A stretch of DNA of 64,000 bases from an uncultured Ruminococcus sp. (lineage in GTDB: Bacteria; Bacillota; Clostridia; Oscillospirales; Acutalibacteraceae). The stretch spans positions 2,547-66,546 of the forward strand of contig CACZWQ010000002.1 in the NCBI GenBank assembly GCA_902784855.1, written 5' to 3'. Both the position numbers and the translations under genes were made by a program. Below, one piece after another: positions 7,404 to 17,288 of the stretch; the stretch's first letter is position 1; each line of letters begins with the position of its first letter. The notes below the pieces were generated by a model. It did no database searches, had not been told where the DNA came from, and saw only the letters and a list, made by a program, of their open reading frames with translations.

Positions 7404-9272
7404 TTACAGCTCGGCGATCAAAACCTCACAGCACATGGAATTCAAGTGCAGCCGATTGTCCTCAAAAACGCTGCCGAAGTACGGCGTGGCTTCGGAGTAG
7501 CCCGGCGGCGGTGTGAGGACGTCGTCCTCGTCGGTCAGGTTGAAGGCGCAGTAGATCGACATGTTGTTGTCGTGGCGGATATAGGCGAGCTTTCTGCCGC
7601 GCGAGAACGCCGGGACAAACTCACCGTCCCAGAGCGCCGAGCAGCCCGCGCGCAGGGCGCCGAGCTTTTTATGCCATTCCAAGAGCTCTTTGTTCTCTCT
7701 GCCCCACGGGTAGCAGCAGCGGTTGAAGGGGTCGCGATAGCCCTCCATGCCCGCCTCGTCGCCGTAGTAGACGCACGGAAAGCCCGGGAGCGTATACTGC
7801 ATGGCAGAAGCGAGCTTCATCAGGGCGATGCCGCGGGTGCGCTGCTCGTCGCTGAGGTGCTGATGCGCCTGCCAGCCTCTGTCCCTGCCGTGGAGCGGCT
7901 CGCCCGCCAGCATGGTCAGGGCGCGTTCGGTGTCGTGGGTCGAGAGGGAATTCATCAGCACGCGCAGCACGGGACGCGGATAGTTCTCCACGACGCTCAT
8001 GATCGCCGCCATGGTGTAGCGCGCGTCCTGACCGCGGCAGAAATCCAAGATCGCGCCGCGGAACACATAGTTCATCACCGTGTCAAGCTGATCGCCGAGG
8101 AGGAACTTGCGGCGCGCGCCGTAGCTCTCCTTGTTGCTCGCGTCCTCCCAGACCTCGCCGACGATGAGCGCCTCGGGATCCTCTTCCTTGACGCTGCGGC
8201 GAAGGTTCTCCATGAACTCGTCGGGCAGCTCGTCGGCGACGTCGAGACGCCAGCCGGAATTGCCCAGCCGCATGTACTTGCGGATGATGCCGTCCTTGCC
8301 GTTGATATATTCGTTAAAGGCGGGGTCGGTCTCGACGACCTCGGGCAGGGTATAGAAGCCCCACCAGCTGTGATAGTTGTCGGGCCATTCGTAGAATTTG
8401 TACCAGCTGAAATACGGCGAGTTTTTGTCGCGGTAGGCACCGCCGTCGCCGTAGCGTCCCGAGCGGTTGAAATAGACGCTGTCGCTGCCGGTGTGTGAAA
8501 ACACGCCGTCGTTGATGACGTGGATGCCGCGCGCCTTCGCCTGTTCGCAGAGGGTGCGGAAATCCTCCTCGGTGCCGAGGATGGGGTCGATGCGGCTGTA
8601 GTCGCCCGTGTCGTAGCGGTGGTTCGAGTACGCCTCGCCGATGGGATTGAGGTAGATGCAGCTCACGCCCAGTTTACACAGGTAGTCGAGCTTCTGCGTG
8701 ATGCCTTTCAGGTCGCCCATGAAGAAGTCGCTGTTGGTGATCTCGCCGTGCTCGTTCGGCTGCCAGACAGGCAGGGCATACCAGTCAAAGTTGCGCTGAA
8801 AATCGGTGCGCGTAAGCTTTTTCTCCTCGCCGCTGAAACAGAAGCGGTCGGGGAAGATCTGATACATCACGCCGCCGACAGGCCACTGCGGGGTGGTAAA
8901 GCCTTTTTTGTAGCAGGTGATCTGCCAGCTCCTGCCCGGGTGCTCGGCGATCTCGCTGACCTTATAGGGGTCGGACGGCGAGATATAGCGCAGCCCGTTG
9001 GGCGTGTTCATGCGGAACATGTACCAGTACAGCCCGATGCGGTGCGGCGTGAAGGTGCATTCCCAGATCTCGGTAAACTCGTCAAAATTGCCGCACCAGA
9101 TCATTTTATGATATTCCCAGTTGTAGTCGTAGTCGTATTTGACGCAGAGCTCTACGATCTTGGAGTGGTGCTCGCGCGGCGCGAGGACGCGCAGCGAGAT
9201 GGCGGTGTCCTGCTCGACAGCGCCGAACGGCGTGCGGTAATAGGTTCGTTGTGAATCGAATGGAATCGGCAT
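7404..9272 (-). CDS. Cytoplasmic GH13 neopullulanase/cyclomaltodextrinase-like amylopullulanase
   Basis: YQIFPDRF, GDLKGIT.KLDYL, NHRYDT, WRLDVADEL (nucleophile), GEVWE (acid/base), STHDTER; no signal peptide; start set at ATG 9272 by RBS spacing. Confidence 0.9.
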   Translation of the reverse strand: MPIPFDSQRTYYRTPFGAVEQDTAISLRVLAPREHHSKIVELCVKYDYDYNWEYHKMIWCGNFDEFTEIWECTFTPHRIGLYWYMFRMNTPNGLRYISPSDPYKVSEIAEHPGRSWQITCYKKGFTTPQWPVGGVMYQIFPDRFCFSGEEKKLTRTDFQRNFDWYALPVWQPNEHGEITNSDFFMGDLKGITQKLDYLCKLGVSCIYLNPIGEAYSNHRYDTGDYSRIDPILGTEEDFRTLCEQAKARGIHVINDGVFSHTGSDSVYFNRSGRYGDGGAYRDKNSPYFSWYKFYEWPDNYHSWWGFYTLPEVVETDPAFNEYINGKDGIIRKYMRLGNSGWRLDVADELPDEFMENLRRSVKEEDPEALIVGEVWEDASNKESYGARRKFLLGDQLDTVMNYVFRGAILDFCRGQDARYTMAAIMSVVENYPRPVLRVLMNSLSTHDTERALTMLAGEPLHGRDRGWQAHQHLSDEQRTRGIALMKLASAMQYTLPGFPCVYYGDEAGMEGYRDPFNRCCYPWGRENKELLEWHKKLGALRAGCSALWDGEFVPAFSRGRKLAYIRHDNNMSIYCAFNLTDEDDVLTPPPGYSEATPYFGSVFEDNRLHLNSMCCEVLIAEL

Positions 9273-9527
9273 ATAACTCAACCCCTCAGAAAGTCATATA
9301 TAGTCAATTATATCATATTATTTCGCACAATTCAACTGAAATCGAGCGATTTCCGTCAGAATCACGCAGTTTTCTCGGCAGAAAATGATAGGGTCGCGCC
9401 GCCGGTGCGCTGCGGCGATGAGATGGGGCGGCTTGCGGGATTGCCAAAACTCTGCGGCGACGAATCTGTCGAAAAAGCTTGAAATATGACCGCGGTTTGT
9501 AGTATAATCTAAGATGTGTGCATAGAC

Positions 9528-11483
9528 ATGAAAAAAACGAAACGGACTACGACGATGAAAAATTACGGTTTGGGACAATATGACAGCATCGACGCCTTTG
9601 TCGCGGCGAAGCTGCAACGGCTGGACGATGCGCCCGCGGGCTTTGCCTCGCTGTTTGAGCTGATGTTCAGCGAAAAGGAAAATCTGATGTACGAGCAGAG
9701 TGCGGGCTACCGCATCCGGCAGACGACCTACGGCGAGGCATATGACGATATCCTCCGCCTGACCGGAGAGCTCAGGCGCAGGCTCGCGCTGCCTGACGGC
9801 GCCGTGGTGGGGCTGAGCATGGACAACTCGCTGCTGTGGCTGGAGCTGTTCTGGGCGATTTTGCGCGCGGGCTGGCGCCCGCTGCTGATCAACCTGCGGC
9901 TCAGCGACGCCGACGCAGCGCAGGCGCTCAAAGACTGCGGCGCGCAGGCGGTGATCTCGGACGGAAGGGACTATCCCGTGCGCACGCTCAGGGCTTCGGA
10001 GCTTTCAAAGGACGGCGCGCCGTGCGGGGCGGAAGCCTTCGGCGAGGAGCTGCTGGTGATGTCCTCGGGCACCTCCGGGCATGTCAAGCTCTGCGCCTAC
10101 TCCGCCGAGGAGTTCCGCTGTCAGATCCATGACAGCTACCACATCATCCGGCAGTGCGCGCCCGCCAAAAAGCACTACGACGGCTATCTCAAGCAGCTGT
10201 GCTTTCTGCCGTTCTACCACGTGTTCGGGCTGATCGCCATGTACATCTGGTTCGCGTTCTTCTCGCGCGCCTTCGTGCAGCTCAACGACATGGCGCCGCA
10301 GACCATCGTCAATACCATCAAGCGCCACAAGGTGACGCATATCTTTGCCGTGCCGCTCTTCTGGGAGACGGTCTATGACCAAGCGGTCAAGACCATCAAA
10401 AACCGCGGCGAAAAGACCTATCAAAAATTCCAAAAGGGCATGAAGCTCGCGCGCAGGCTGCGCGGCATGCCCGCGCTCGCCGAAGCCTTTTCCAAGGCGG
10501 CGTTCAAAGAGGTGCGCGAAAACCTGTTCGGCGAGAGCATTTGCTTTATGATCACGGGCGGCAGCGCCATCCGCGGCGAGGTCATCGAGTTCTTCAACGC
10601 CATCGGCTACCGCCTTGCGGACGGCTACGGCATGACCGAGATCGGCATCACCTCGGTGGAGCTGTCAAACGACCGGCGCGTGCTCGACTCCTGCTCGGTG
10701 GGCAAGCCCATGAGCTATGCCGAGTATCAGATCAATGAAAAGGGCGAGCTGCTGGTGCGCGGCAGGGTCATCGCCAAATATATCATCGAGGGCGGAAAGA
10801 AAACCGTCACCGACAAAAACGCGTGGTTCAACACCCGCGACCTCGCCGTCTGTGAGAACGGCAGATACTATATCCTCGGCAGAGCCGACGACCTGATCGT
10901 CGCGCCCGGCGGCGAAAACCTCAATCCCAACCTGACGGAGCCGCAGCTGCTGGTGCCCGGCGCCAACGGCGTCTGCCTGATCAGCGACGGCAGAACGCCC
11001 GTGCTGCTCGTCTCCGTCAACCGCTACAGCACCTCGGCACAGCTCGGCGCGCTCGACAGCGCGGTCAAGGAGCGGCTCGCTTCTCTCCGCCTCACGGGTC
11101 AGGTGGGCAGGATCGTCTATATCGCCGACCCGCTGATGCAGGGCGACGAATTCAAGCTCAACCGCAGGCGCCTGCGCGACGACCTGCTCGCGGGCAGACT
11201 CGAGATCGTCGACCCGCACCGCGCGGACGACGGCGCCGGACAGGACGCGCTGATGGTGCACCTGCGGCAGATGATCGCCGTCGCCCTCGACCGACAGGAG
11301 AGCGAGGTCGCCCCGCAGTCCGATTTCTTCGCGGACTTGGGCGGCACGAGCCTCGACTACTTCGCGCTGCTCTCAAAGCTTCAGGAGGATTTCTCGCTGC
11401 CCTTCCCGCAGGACGGCGACAAGAGCCTGAGCACCGCGCAGGAGCTGTATGATTATATAAGGAACACGGAAAACCATGCTTAG
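9528..11483 (+). CDS. Acyl-adenylating (long-chain acyl-CoA/ACP ligase family) enzyme with fused C-terminal carrier domain
   Basis: MSSGTSGHVK P-loop, LPFYHVFG, GYGMTE, WFNTRDL, GRADDLIV..GGENLNP; C-terminal DFFADLGGTSL phosphopantetheine site. Start could also be ATG 9555. Confidence 0.85.
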   Translation: MKKTKRTTTMKNYGLGQYDSIDAFVAAKLQRLDDAPAGFASLFELMFSEKENLMYEQSAGYRIRQTTYGEAYDDILRLTGELRRRLALPDGAVVGLSMDNSLLWLELFWAILRAGWRPLLINLRLSDADAAQALKDCGAQAVISDGRDYPVRTLRASELSKDGAPCGAEAFGEELLVMSSGTSGHVKLCAYSAEEFRCQIHDSYHIIRQCAPAKKHYDGYLKQLCFLPFYHVFGLIAMYIWFAFFSRAFVQLNDMAPQTIVNTIKRHKVTHIFAVPLFWETVYDQAVKTIKNRGEKTYQKFQKGMKLARRLRGMPALAEAFSKAAFKEVRENLFGESICFMITGGSAIRGEVIEFFNAIGYRLADGYGMTEIGITSVELSNDRRVLDSCSVGKPMSYAEYQINEKGELLVRGRVIAKYIIEGGKKTVTDKNAWFNTRDLAVCENGRYYILGRADDLIVAPGGENLNPNLTEPQLLVPGANGVCLISDGRTPVLLVSVNRYSTSAQLGALDSAVKERLASLRLTGQVGRIVYIADPLMQGDEFKLNRRRLRDDLLAGRLEIVDPHRADDGAGQDALMVHLRQMIAVALDRQESEVAPQSDFFADLGGTSLDYFALLSKLQEDFSLPFPQDGDKSLSTAQELYDYIRNTENHA

Positions 11484-12117
11484 TGAGTTTTGGAACGCCT
11501 TTGTGCGCGTGACGGCTTATCCCGTGCAGCTGCCCGTCTTTCGCACCAAGGTCTGTTATGAGGACAAACGCGCTTGCAGCCGCCGCATCAGGGGCGCGGC
11601 AATCGTGATCAGCAACCACACCTCTGTGTGGGATTACGCGGCGCTGATGTTCGTATTCTTCACCCGCACCCTGCGGGCGCAGATGGCGGAGGTCCTGTTT
11701 CAAAAGCAGCCGCTGGGGCTGTTTCTGAAAATGATGGGCGGCGTGCGCGTCGACCGCAACAGCTATGACTTCGGCTTTGTCGCGCAGTCGCAGAAAATAC
11801 TCGAAAAGGGCGGCGTGGTAGAGATCTTCCCCGAAAGCCGCCTGCCCCTCAAGGGCGAGGAGCGCCCGCTGCCGTTCAAGCCGAGCGCCGCGTATCTTGC
11901 GCTGCTCAGCGGCGCGCCCGTCATCCCCGTCTATACCAACGGCGCGTATTTTTGCAGGGCGCGCGCCCGCGTCATCATCGGCAAGCCGATCTATGCGCGC
12001 GAGCTGTGCGACGCGGCGCTCTCGGAAAAAGAGAACATCGAACGCGTCTCCGTATATCTGCGGGAAAAAATCATCAGTCTGGAGAGACAACTCAATGAAC
12101 GAACCGCAAAAAGCTAA
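11476..12117 (+). CDS. PlsC-like (lysophospholipid) acyltransferase 1
   Basis: NHTSVWD (HX4D), FPES, APVIPV motifs. Confidence 0.88.
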   Translation: MLSEFWNAFVRVTAYPVQLPVFRTKVCYEDKRACSRRIRGAAIVISNHTSVWDYAALMFVFFTRTLRAQMAEVLFQKQPLGLFLKMMGGVRVDRNSYDFGFVAQSQKILEKGGVVEIFPESRLPLKGEERPLPFKPSAAYLALLSGAPVIPVYTNGAYFCRARARVIIGKPIYARELCDAALSEKENIERVSVYLREKIISLERQLNERTAKS

Positions 12118-12739
12118 ATTATTTTCCCTGCGCTGCTTCGTGATGGATTTTATCCGCGTCTCGGGCGCGCTGCCGGGCTTGCTCTGGCTGCGGCCGAAGA
12201 TCCGCTACGCATCAAAAAAGGCGAAAAAGCGCATTCGCGGCGGCGCGCTGGTCATTTCCAATCACACCAGCTTCGTCGACCCCGGCTACACGATGTTCGT
12301 GTTCTGGTACCGCCGCCAGTATTTCGTCTGTCACAAGGCGTTTATGGAGACGAAGGCGGGACCCTTCTTCCACGCGGCGGGCTGCCTGATCCCGATCGAC
12401 GCCGACAACTTCAACATCGGGTCGTTCCGCGCGATCACCGACAGCCTGAAAGCGGGAAAGGTCGTCACGCTCTTTCCCGAGGGACACGTCAACGGCGGCG
12501 AGATGATGGAATTCAAGTCGGGCATGGTGCTGATCTCCATGCAGAGCAAGCGCCCGATCGTGCCCGTCTATCTCAAGCCGCGCAAGCATTGGTGCAGCCG
12601 CCTGAAAGCGGTCGTCGGCGAGCCGGTCGATATCACCGCGCTGTGCGGCGGCATGCCCGCGTTCTCGAAGATCGAGGAGATCACGCGGCTGCTGCGGGAA
12701 AGAGAAGCCGAGCTGGAAGAGCTGGCAAAGAAATTGTAA
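12095..12739 (+). CDS. PlsC-like acyltransferase 2
   Basis: NHTSFVD (HX4D), FPEG, FKSG, PIVPV; ATG 12095 overlaps the previous gene. Confidence 0.88.
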   Translation: MNEPQKAKLFSLRCFVMDFIRVSGALPGLLWLRPKIRYASKKAKKRIRGGALVISNHTSFVDPGYTMFVFWYRRQYFVCHKAFMETKAGPFFHAAGCLIPIDADNFNIGSFRAITDSLKAGKVVTLFPEGHVNGGEMMEFKSGMVLISMQSKRPIVPVYLKPRKHWCSRLKAVVGEPVDITALCGGMPAFSKIEEITRLLREREAELEELAKKL

Positions 12740-12774
12740 TCCATAAAGTTTTTATATAGAAAAGGGGTAAAGCT

Positions 12775-14289
12775 ATGAAAGCCGATACACTGGAATTATA
12801 CCGCACCTATACGGGCGACGAGACCTTTAACCGCATCAAGCACTACGAGACCGTGGCGCAGATGTGGGAGGATCGCGCCGCCGAATATGCCGACCTGACC
12901 GCGATCGCGGACGACGGCAAAACCTATACCTTCCGTCAGCTTCAAGAGGACGTCGCACATTTTCGCGCCGTGCTGCGCGAGAGCGGCGTCGAACAGGGAC
13001 AGCGGGTCGCCCTGCTGATTCCCAACTCCTATGACTTTGTCAAGGCGTATCTCGCGGCGGTCACCGCGGGCTGCACGGCAGTCATCCTGCCCGCGCATTT
13101 GGATGAAAAGGCGGTCTACGGCACCTCGATGATGTTCGGCTTCACCGCCCTGATCACCGCGCCCGCCACCGAAAATGCCGCTGCGCTGCTCAGGCAGCTC
13201 CGCCCCGAGGTCACCCTGATCGGGACCGAGACGGCGTCCGAGGAAGCTTCTCCCGCCGCAGTGTGCGCGGGCAGCGACGGCTGCACCGTCATCATGACGG
13301 GCGGCACCACGGGAAAGCCCAAGGGCGCGCTGCTTTCCAACACCGCCGTGCTGCAGGGCGTGGTCAACAGCTGCCTCGGCGTGCCCGGCACCTTTGAACA
13401 GCGCTATCTGCTGGTGCTGCCGCTCTCCCATGTGTTCGGACTTATCCGCAACCTGCTCGCCTCTCTCTACTCGGGCAGCACGCTGATGATCTGCCGCGAC
13501 AACAAGAACATGTTCCGCGACGCGGCGATGTTCCGCCCCACCATCATGGTGCTGGTGCCGGCGCTCGCCGACATGGCGCTGACGCTCTCCAAAAAGTTCG
13601 GCAGGAGCATGTTCGGCGACAGCCTGAAAACCATCATCTGCGGCGCGGCGAACGTGCCTCAGTATCTGGTGGAGGAATACAAAAAGGCGGGCGTCGACCT
13701 CTATCCCGGCTACGGTCTGACCGAGTCGGCAAACCTCGTCTCGGGCAACCCCGTCCCGCTGGAAAAGCCCGGCTCCGTCGGTCTGATCTTCCCGGGCATG
13801 GAGTACCGGATCGTCGAGAACGAGCTGTGGCTCAAGGGAAGCAACATGATGGACGGCTATGTCGGCGCACAGGAGACGGACGCCTATGAGGACGGCTGGT
13901 TCAAGACGGGCGATCTGGTGCGCATGGACGACGACGGCTTCCTCTACATCACCGGCAGGATCAAGGAGGTCATCGTGCTGTCCACGGGCGAAAACATCTC
14001 GCCCGCCGAGCTGGAGGCGAAATTCAACGACCTGCCCTTCATCCAGGATTCGCAGGTGTTTGAGGATATGGACGAAAACGGCAGACACTTCCTCTCGCTG
14101 GAGGTCGTGCCCCGCGCCACCGAGGCAGCCAAGCTCGGCGCCGACGCGGGCAGGATCATCACCGAGGCGCTGCAGGCGGTCAACGAAAAGCTGCAGCCCT
14201 ATGAGCGCGTCAGCAAGATCATCATCCGCGATTCCGATTTCGCCAGAACACCGAGTATGAAGATTGTGAGATATAAAAAATGTCAATGA
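12775..14289 (+). CDS. Acyl-adenylating enzyme 2 (long-chain fatty acid-CoA/ACP ligase family)
   Basis: MTGGTTGKPKG, LPLSHVFG, GYGLTES, GWFKTGDL, GRIKEVIV..TGENISP. Confidence 0.9.
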   Translation: MKADTLELYRTYTGDETFNRIKHYETVAQMWEDRAAEYADLTAIADDGKTYTFRQLQEDVAHFRAVLRESGVEQGQRVALLIPNSYDFVKAYLAAVTAGCTAVILPAHLDEKAVYGTSMMFGFTALITAPATENAAALLRQLRPEVTLIGTETASEEASPAAVCAGSDGCTVIMTGGTTGKPKGALLSNTAVLQGVVNSCLGVPGTFEQRYLLVLPLSHVFGLIRNLLASLYSGSTLMICRDNKNMFRDAAMFRPTIMVLVPALADMALTLSKKFGRSMFGDSLKTIICGAANVPQYLVEEYKKAGVDLYPGYGLTESANLVSGNPVPLEKPGSVGLIFPGMEYRIVENELWLKGSNMMDGYVGAQETDAYEDGWFKTGDLVRMDDDGFLYITGRIKEVIVLSTGENISPAELEAKFNDLPFIQDSQVFEDMDENGRHFLSLEVVPRATEAAKLGADAGRIITEALQAVNEKLQPYERVSKIIIRDSDFARTPSMKIVRYKKCQ

Positions 14290-14537
14290 AACGTAACGAG
14301 ATCCTCGATAAACTAAAGGAGATTTTGCTGTCCGCCGACGCGGGCAGCAGCGCGGTGATCGACTCCGTCACCGAAGACACCCATCTGCTCAACGACCTGG
14401 GGCTTTCCTCGGTCAATATGCTCTATCTGATGATCGCCACCGAAGAGGTGTTTCAGATCCGCTTTGACGACGTCGGCGTCGGCGAATTCCCGACCGTCGG
14501 CGACGTGGTGAGCTATATCGAGGGCAAGCTGTCATGA
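14286..14537 (+). CDS. Acyl carrier protein
   Basis: 83-aa acidic protein with DLGLSSV attachment motif and TVGDVVSYI C-terminal helix; ATGA-coupled on both sides. Confidence 0.85.
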   Translation: MKRNEILDKLKEILLSADAGSSAVIDSVTEDTHLLNDLGLSSVNMLYLMIATEEVFQIRFDDVGVGEFPTVGDVVSYIEGKLS

Positions 14538-15376
14538 AATGGGAGCCTGCCGCCTGTCAGCCGGGCGATATGATCCGCATCCGGCTCGGCAGCTTTTACC
14601 ACTACGGCATCTTTGTCAGCGAGGACGAGGTCATCGCCTTCGGTCTGCCTCCCACGGCGGAGAACCGCGAAAAAGAGGGCGAGGTCAAGGTGCTTGCCAC
14701 CGACATCGACGTGTTCGCCTGCGGGCGCATCGTCGAGACCGCCGTCTTGGACAGGGGCGAGCAAAAGCGCCGCCTGCCGCGCGAAGAGACCGTCGCACGT
14801 GCGCGGGCGCGTCTGGGAGAGGGCGGCTACAACATCCTCCACAACAACTGCGAGCATTTTGTCAACGCCTGCGTTTTCGGTCAGGCGCGGTGCGAGCAGG
14901 AGGAGGACGTGCGCCGTCGCTGGCTCAACCGTCCCGTCTGTGATATCTATCTGGCGGTCATCCCCGAGGGCGTCGACGACGCGGGAATCTATCCCCCGCG
15001 AAGAAAAAGCGAGATCAACGCGATCGCGTCCGAGCGCCTGCGCAACGAAGCGCGCTTCCTCTGGAAGCTGCTCGCCGCAGCGGCGAAGCGCTCCTTCCGA
15101 ACGGACTTGGAGAACGCCGAGCTCAAACGCAAGCTCGGCGGCAAATGGGTGAGCGGGAAGTTCTTCTTTTCGCTTTGTGCGGAAAACGGCGTTGCCGCCG
15201 TCGCCGTCTCCAACGCGGACGTCACCGTCTCATTGGGCGATGAAGCGGGGGCGGGACGAACCCTGAAAAGCCCGCGCATCACCGTCGCCGTCTCGGGCAA
15301 AAACGCCGCCGCTGCCAAGTATTTCCGCGTGCGGGACGGCGCCGTCACCCTGATGGGCGACGCGAATTTTGAGTAG
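14534..15376 (+). CDS. LRAT/PLAAT (permuted NlpC/P60) acyltransferase-family protein with a degenerate Sfp-PPTase-like C-terminal region
   Basis: HYGIFV H-box and YNILHNNCEHF NC-box. The C-terminal GKW...FFSLC..NGVAAVAVS resembles the Sfp GKP...FSLSHS...AVS segment (this second part is tentative). Confidence 0.75.
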   Translation: MKWEPAACQPGDMIRIRLGSFYHYGIFVSEDEVIAFGLPPTAENREKEGEVKVLATDIDVFACGRIVETAVLDRGEQKRRLPREETVARARARLGEGGYNILHNNCEHFVNACVFGQARCEQEEDVRRRWLNRPVCDIYLAVIPEGVDDAGIYPPRRKSEINAIASERLRNEARFLWKLLAAAAKRSFRTDLENAELKRKLGGKWVSGKFFFSLCAENGVAAVAVSNADVTVSLGDEAGAGRTLKSPRITVAVSGKNAAAAKYFRVRDGAVTLMGDANFE

Positions 15377-15388
15377 GAGGTTGTCACC

Positions 15389-16345
15389 ATGGCGCCTTGG
15401 GCGATCATTGTCGTCGCGGCGCTCGCGGCATTCGTCATCTTTCTCGCCGCGCCCGCGCTGCTGATCTTTTTCGCGGTGTTCTACCGCAAGAAGGCGATCC
15501 CCTTTGAACAGTATGACCTCGAAAAATTTAAAGGACACTATTACATCCCCTATCTCGGCAGGATCGCCGCGGCGCGCGGGGCGCTGCAGGCATACGACCA
15601 TGTCGAGGTCGAGACGATCTCCCGCGACGGCTTGACGCTGCGCGGCGATTGGTACGACCGGGGCAGCCGCCGCACAGCCGTCCTCTTTCACGGCATCGGC
15701 GCCGAGATGTACACCAACCTGTCGGCGCAGGCGCTGTTCCTTACCCGCTGCGGCTTCAATGTGCTGCTGACCTGCAACCGCGCCCACGGAAAGAGCGAAG
15801 GGCGCTTTACCACGATCGGTCTGCGCGAGCGCGAGGACGTGGTGTCGTGGGTGCAGTGGGCGGAGGAACACGGCGCGGACGAGATTTTGCTCTACGGCGT
15901 ATCGATGGGCGCTTCCATGGTCGCCTATGCCTCCGACCGGCTGAAAAACACCGCCGTGAAAGCCATGGTCATCGACAGCGGCTTTTACTCGGTGTATGAA
16001 CAGATGAAGCGCGACGCGCACAAGAACCACATCCCCGGCATCATGGTGCCCGCGCAGTGGCTGCTGGCAAAGCTCTTTCTGCGTGTCGATTTGAAGGAAG
16101 CGACAGCCGACACGCTCAGGCGCGCCGAAACGCCCGCCTTCTTCCTCCACGGCACCGCCGACGAGACCGTCGAATGCCGCTGGTGCCAAATCAATTATGA
16201 AGCCTGCGCCGCGCCCAAGGAGCTGCTGCTCGCGGAGGACGCGCCGCACACCCTGAGCATCCTCAGGGATCCCGAAACAGTCGAAAAAAGGCTGAAAAGC
16301 TTTTTTGCCCAATATTTTACCAATGCAAAGGAAGGAAAGTCATGA
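15389..16345 (+). CDS. Membrane-anchored alpha/beta hydrolase 1 (YqkD-like)
   Basis: N-terminal TM; GVSMG nucleophile elbow; HGTAD Asp; APH His. Confidence 0.88.
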   Translation: MAPWAIIVVAALAAFVIFLAAPALLIFFAVFYRKKAIPFEQYDLEKFKGHYYIPYLGRIAAARGALQAYDHVEVETISRDGLTLRGDWYDRGSRRTAVLFHGIGAEMYTNLSAQALFLTRCGFNVLLTCNRAHGKSEGRFTTIGLREREDVVSWVQWAEEHGADEILLYGVSMGASMVAYASDRLKNTAVKAMVIDSGFYSVYEQMKRDAHKNHIPGIMVPAQWLLAKLFLRVDLKEATADTLRRAETPAFFLHGTADETVECRWCQINYEACAAPKELLLAEDAPHTLSILRDPETVEKRLKSFFAQYFTNAKEGKS

Positions 16346-17277
16346 ACAAATTTGTTATTATCGCGGACGGTACCTGCGACCTCAGCGAGGACCTGCTCAA
16401 AGAATTCGACATCAAGGTCGTGCTCGGCTTTTTCCGTCAGCCCGACGGAACCGAGTGCTCCCAGTTTTTGAGCTGGAAGGACTGCACCCGCGAGGAATTC
16501 TACAATAAACTCAAAAAGAATCCCACCGGCTACTCCACCTCTCCCGCCAATCCCGACATGTTCGCCGCCGCGTTCCGCGAGTATGCCCGGCAGGGCTGCG
16601 ACATGCTGGTGCTCACGATGTCCTCGGGCATGAGCGGCACCTACAACTTCGCCTGCGCCGGCCGCGACGCCGTCGCGCAGGACTTTCCGAACGTGAAGAT
16701 CAATGTGATCGACTCCCTGCGCTTCGGCCCCGGCTTCGGCTTGATCGCGATCTACGCCTCCATGCTCCGAAAAGAGGGCAAGGGTCTGCAGGAGGTCACC
16801 TCCCGGATCGAGGAGAACAAGTGCCGCTTCCATCAGGCCGGCTGGCTGGATGACCTTTCCTTCGTCGCCAAGCAGGGCAGGGTCAATCACGCCGCCGCGC
16901 TCATGGGCACCATCGTCGGCATCAAGCCCATCGGCGAATTCGACTACAACGGCATGACCACCGTCATCGGCAAGGCGAAGGGCGCCAAGAAAGCCTACGC
17001 CGTGCTGCTCAAATATATTGCCGCCACGATCGAGAACCCGCAGGAGCAGGTCATCTTCATCGCGCAGACCAATCGTCTGGCACAGGCGGAGAAATTCAAG
17101 CAGATGATCGAGGAGACAATCAAGCCCAAGGCGGTGCGCATCATGGATGTGTTCCCCGGCACGGGCATCAACGTCGGTCCCGGCTTGATGGCGGCATACT
17201 ACATGGGAACGCCGATCACCGAGGGGCTGACAAAAGAAAAAGAACTGATGAACCGGTTCCTCAATACAGCGGAGTGA
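16342..17277 (+). CDS. DegV-family fatty acid-binding protein (FakB-like)
   Basis: IIADGTCDL, STSPANP, SSGMSGTY, VIDS, AKQGRV, IKPI, NVGPG: DegV pattern; adjacent to fakA. Confidence 0.88.
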   Translation: MNKFVIIADGTCDLSEDLLKEFDIKVVLGFFRQPDGTECSQFLSWKDCTREEFYNKLKKNPTGYSTSPANPDMFAAAFREYARQGCDMLVLTMSSGMSGTYNFACAGRDAVAQDFPNVKINVIDSLRFGPGFGLIAIYASMLRKEGKGLQEVTSRIEENKCRFHQAGWLDDLSFVAKQGRVNHAAALMGTIVGIKPIGEFDYNGMTTVIGKAKGAKKAYAVLLKYIAATIENPQEQVIFIAQTNRLAQAEKFKQMIEETIKPKAVRIMDVFPGTGINVGPGLMAAYYMGTPITEGLTKEKELMNRFLNTAE

Positions 17278-17288
17278 TTTGACACGAT

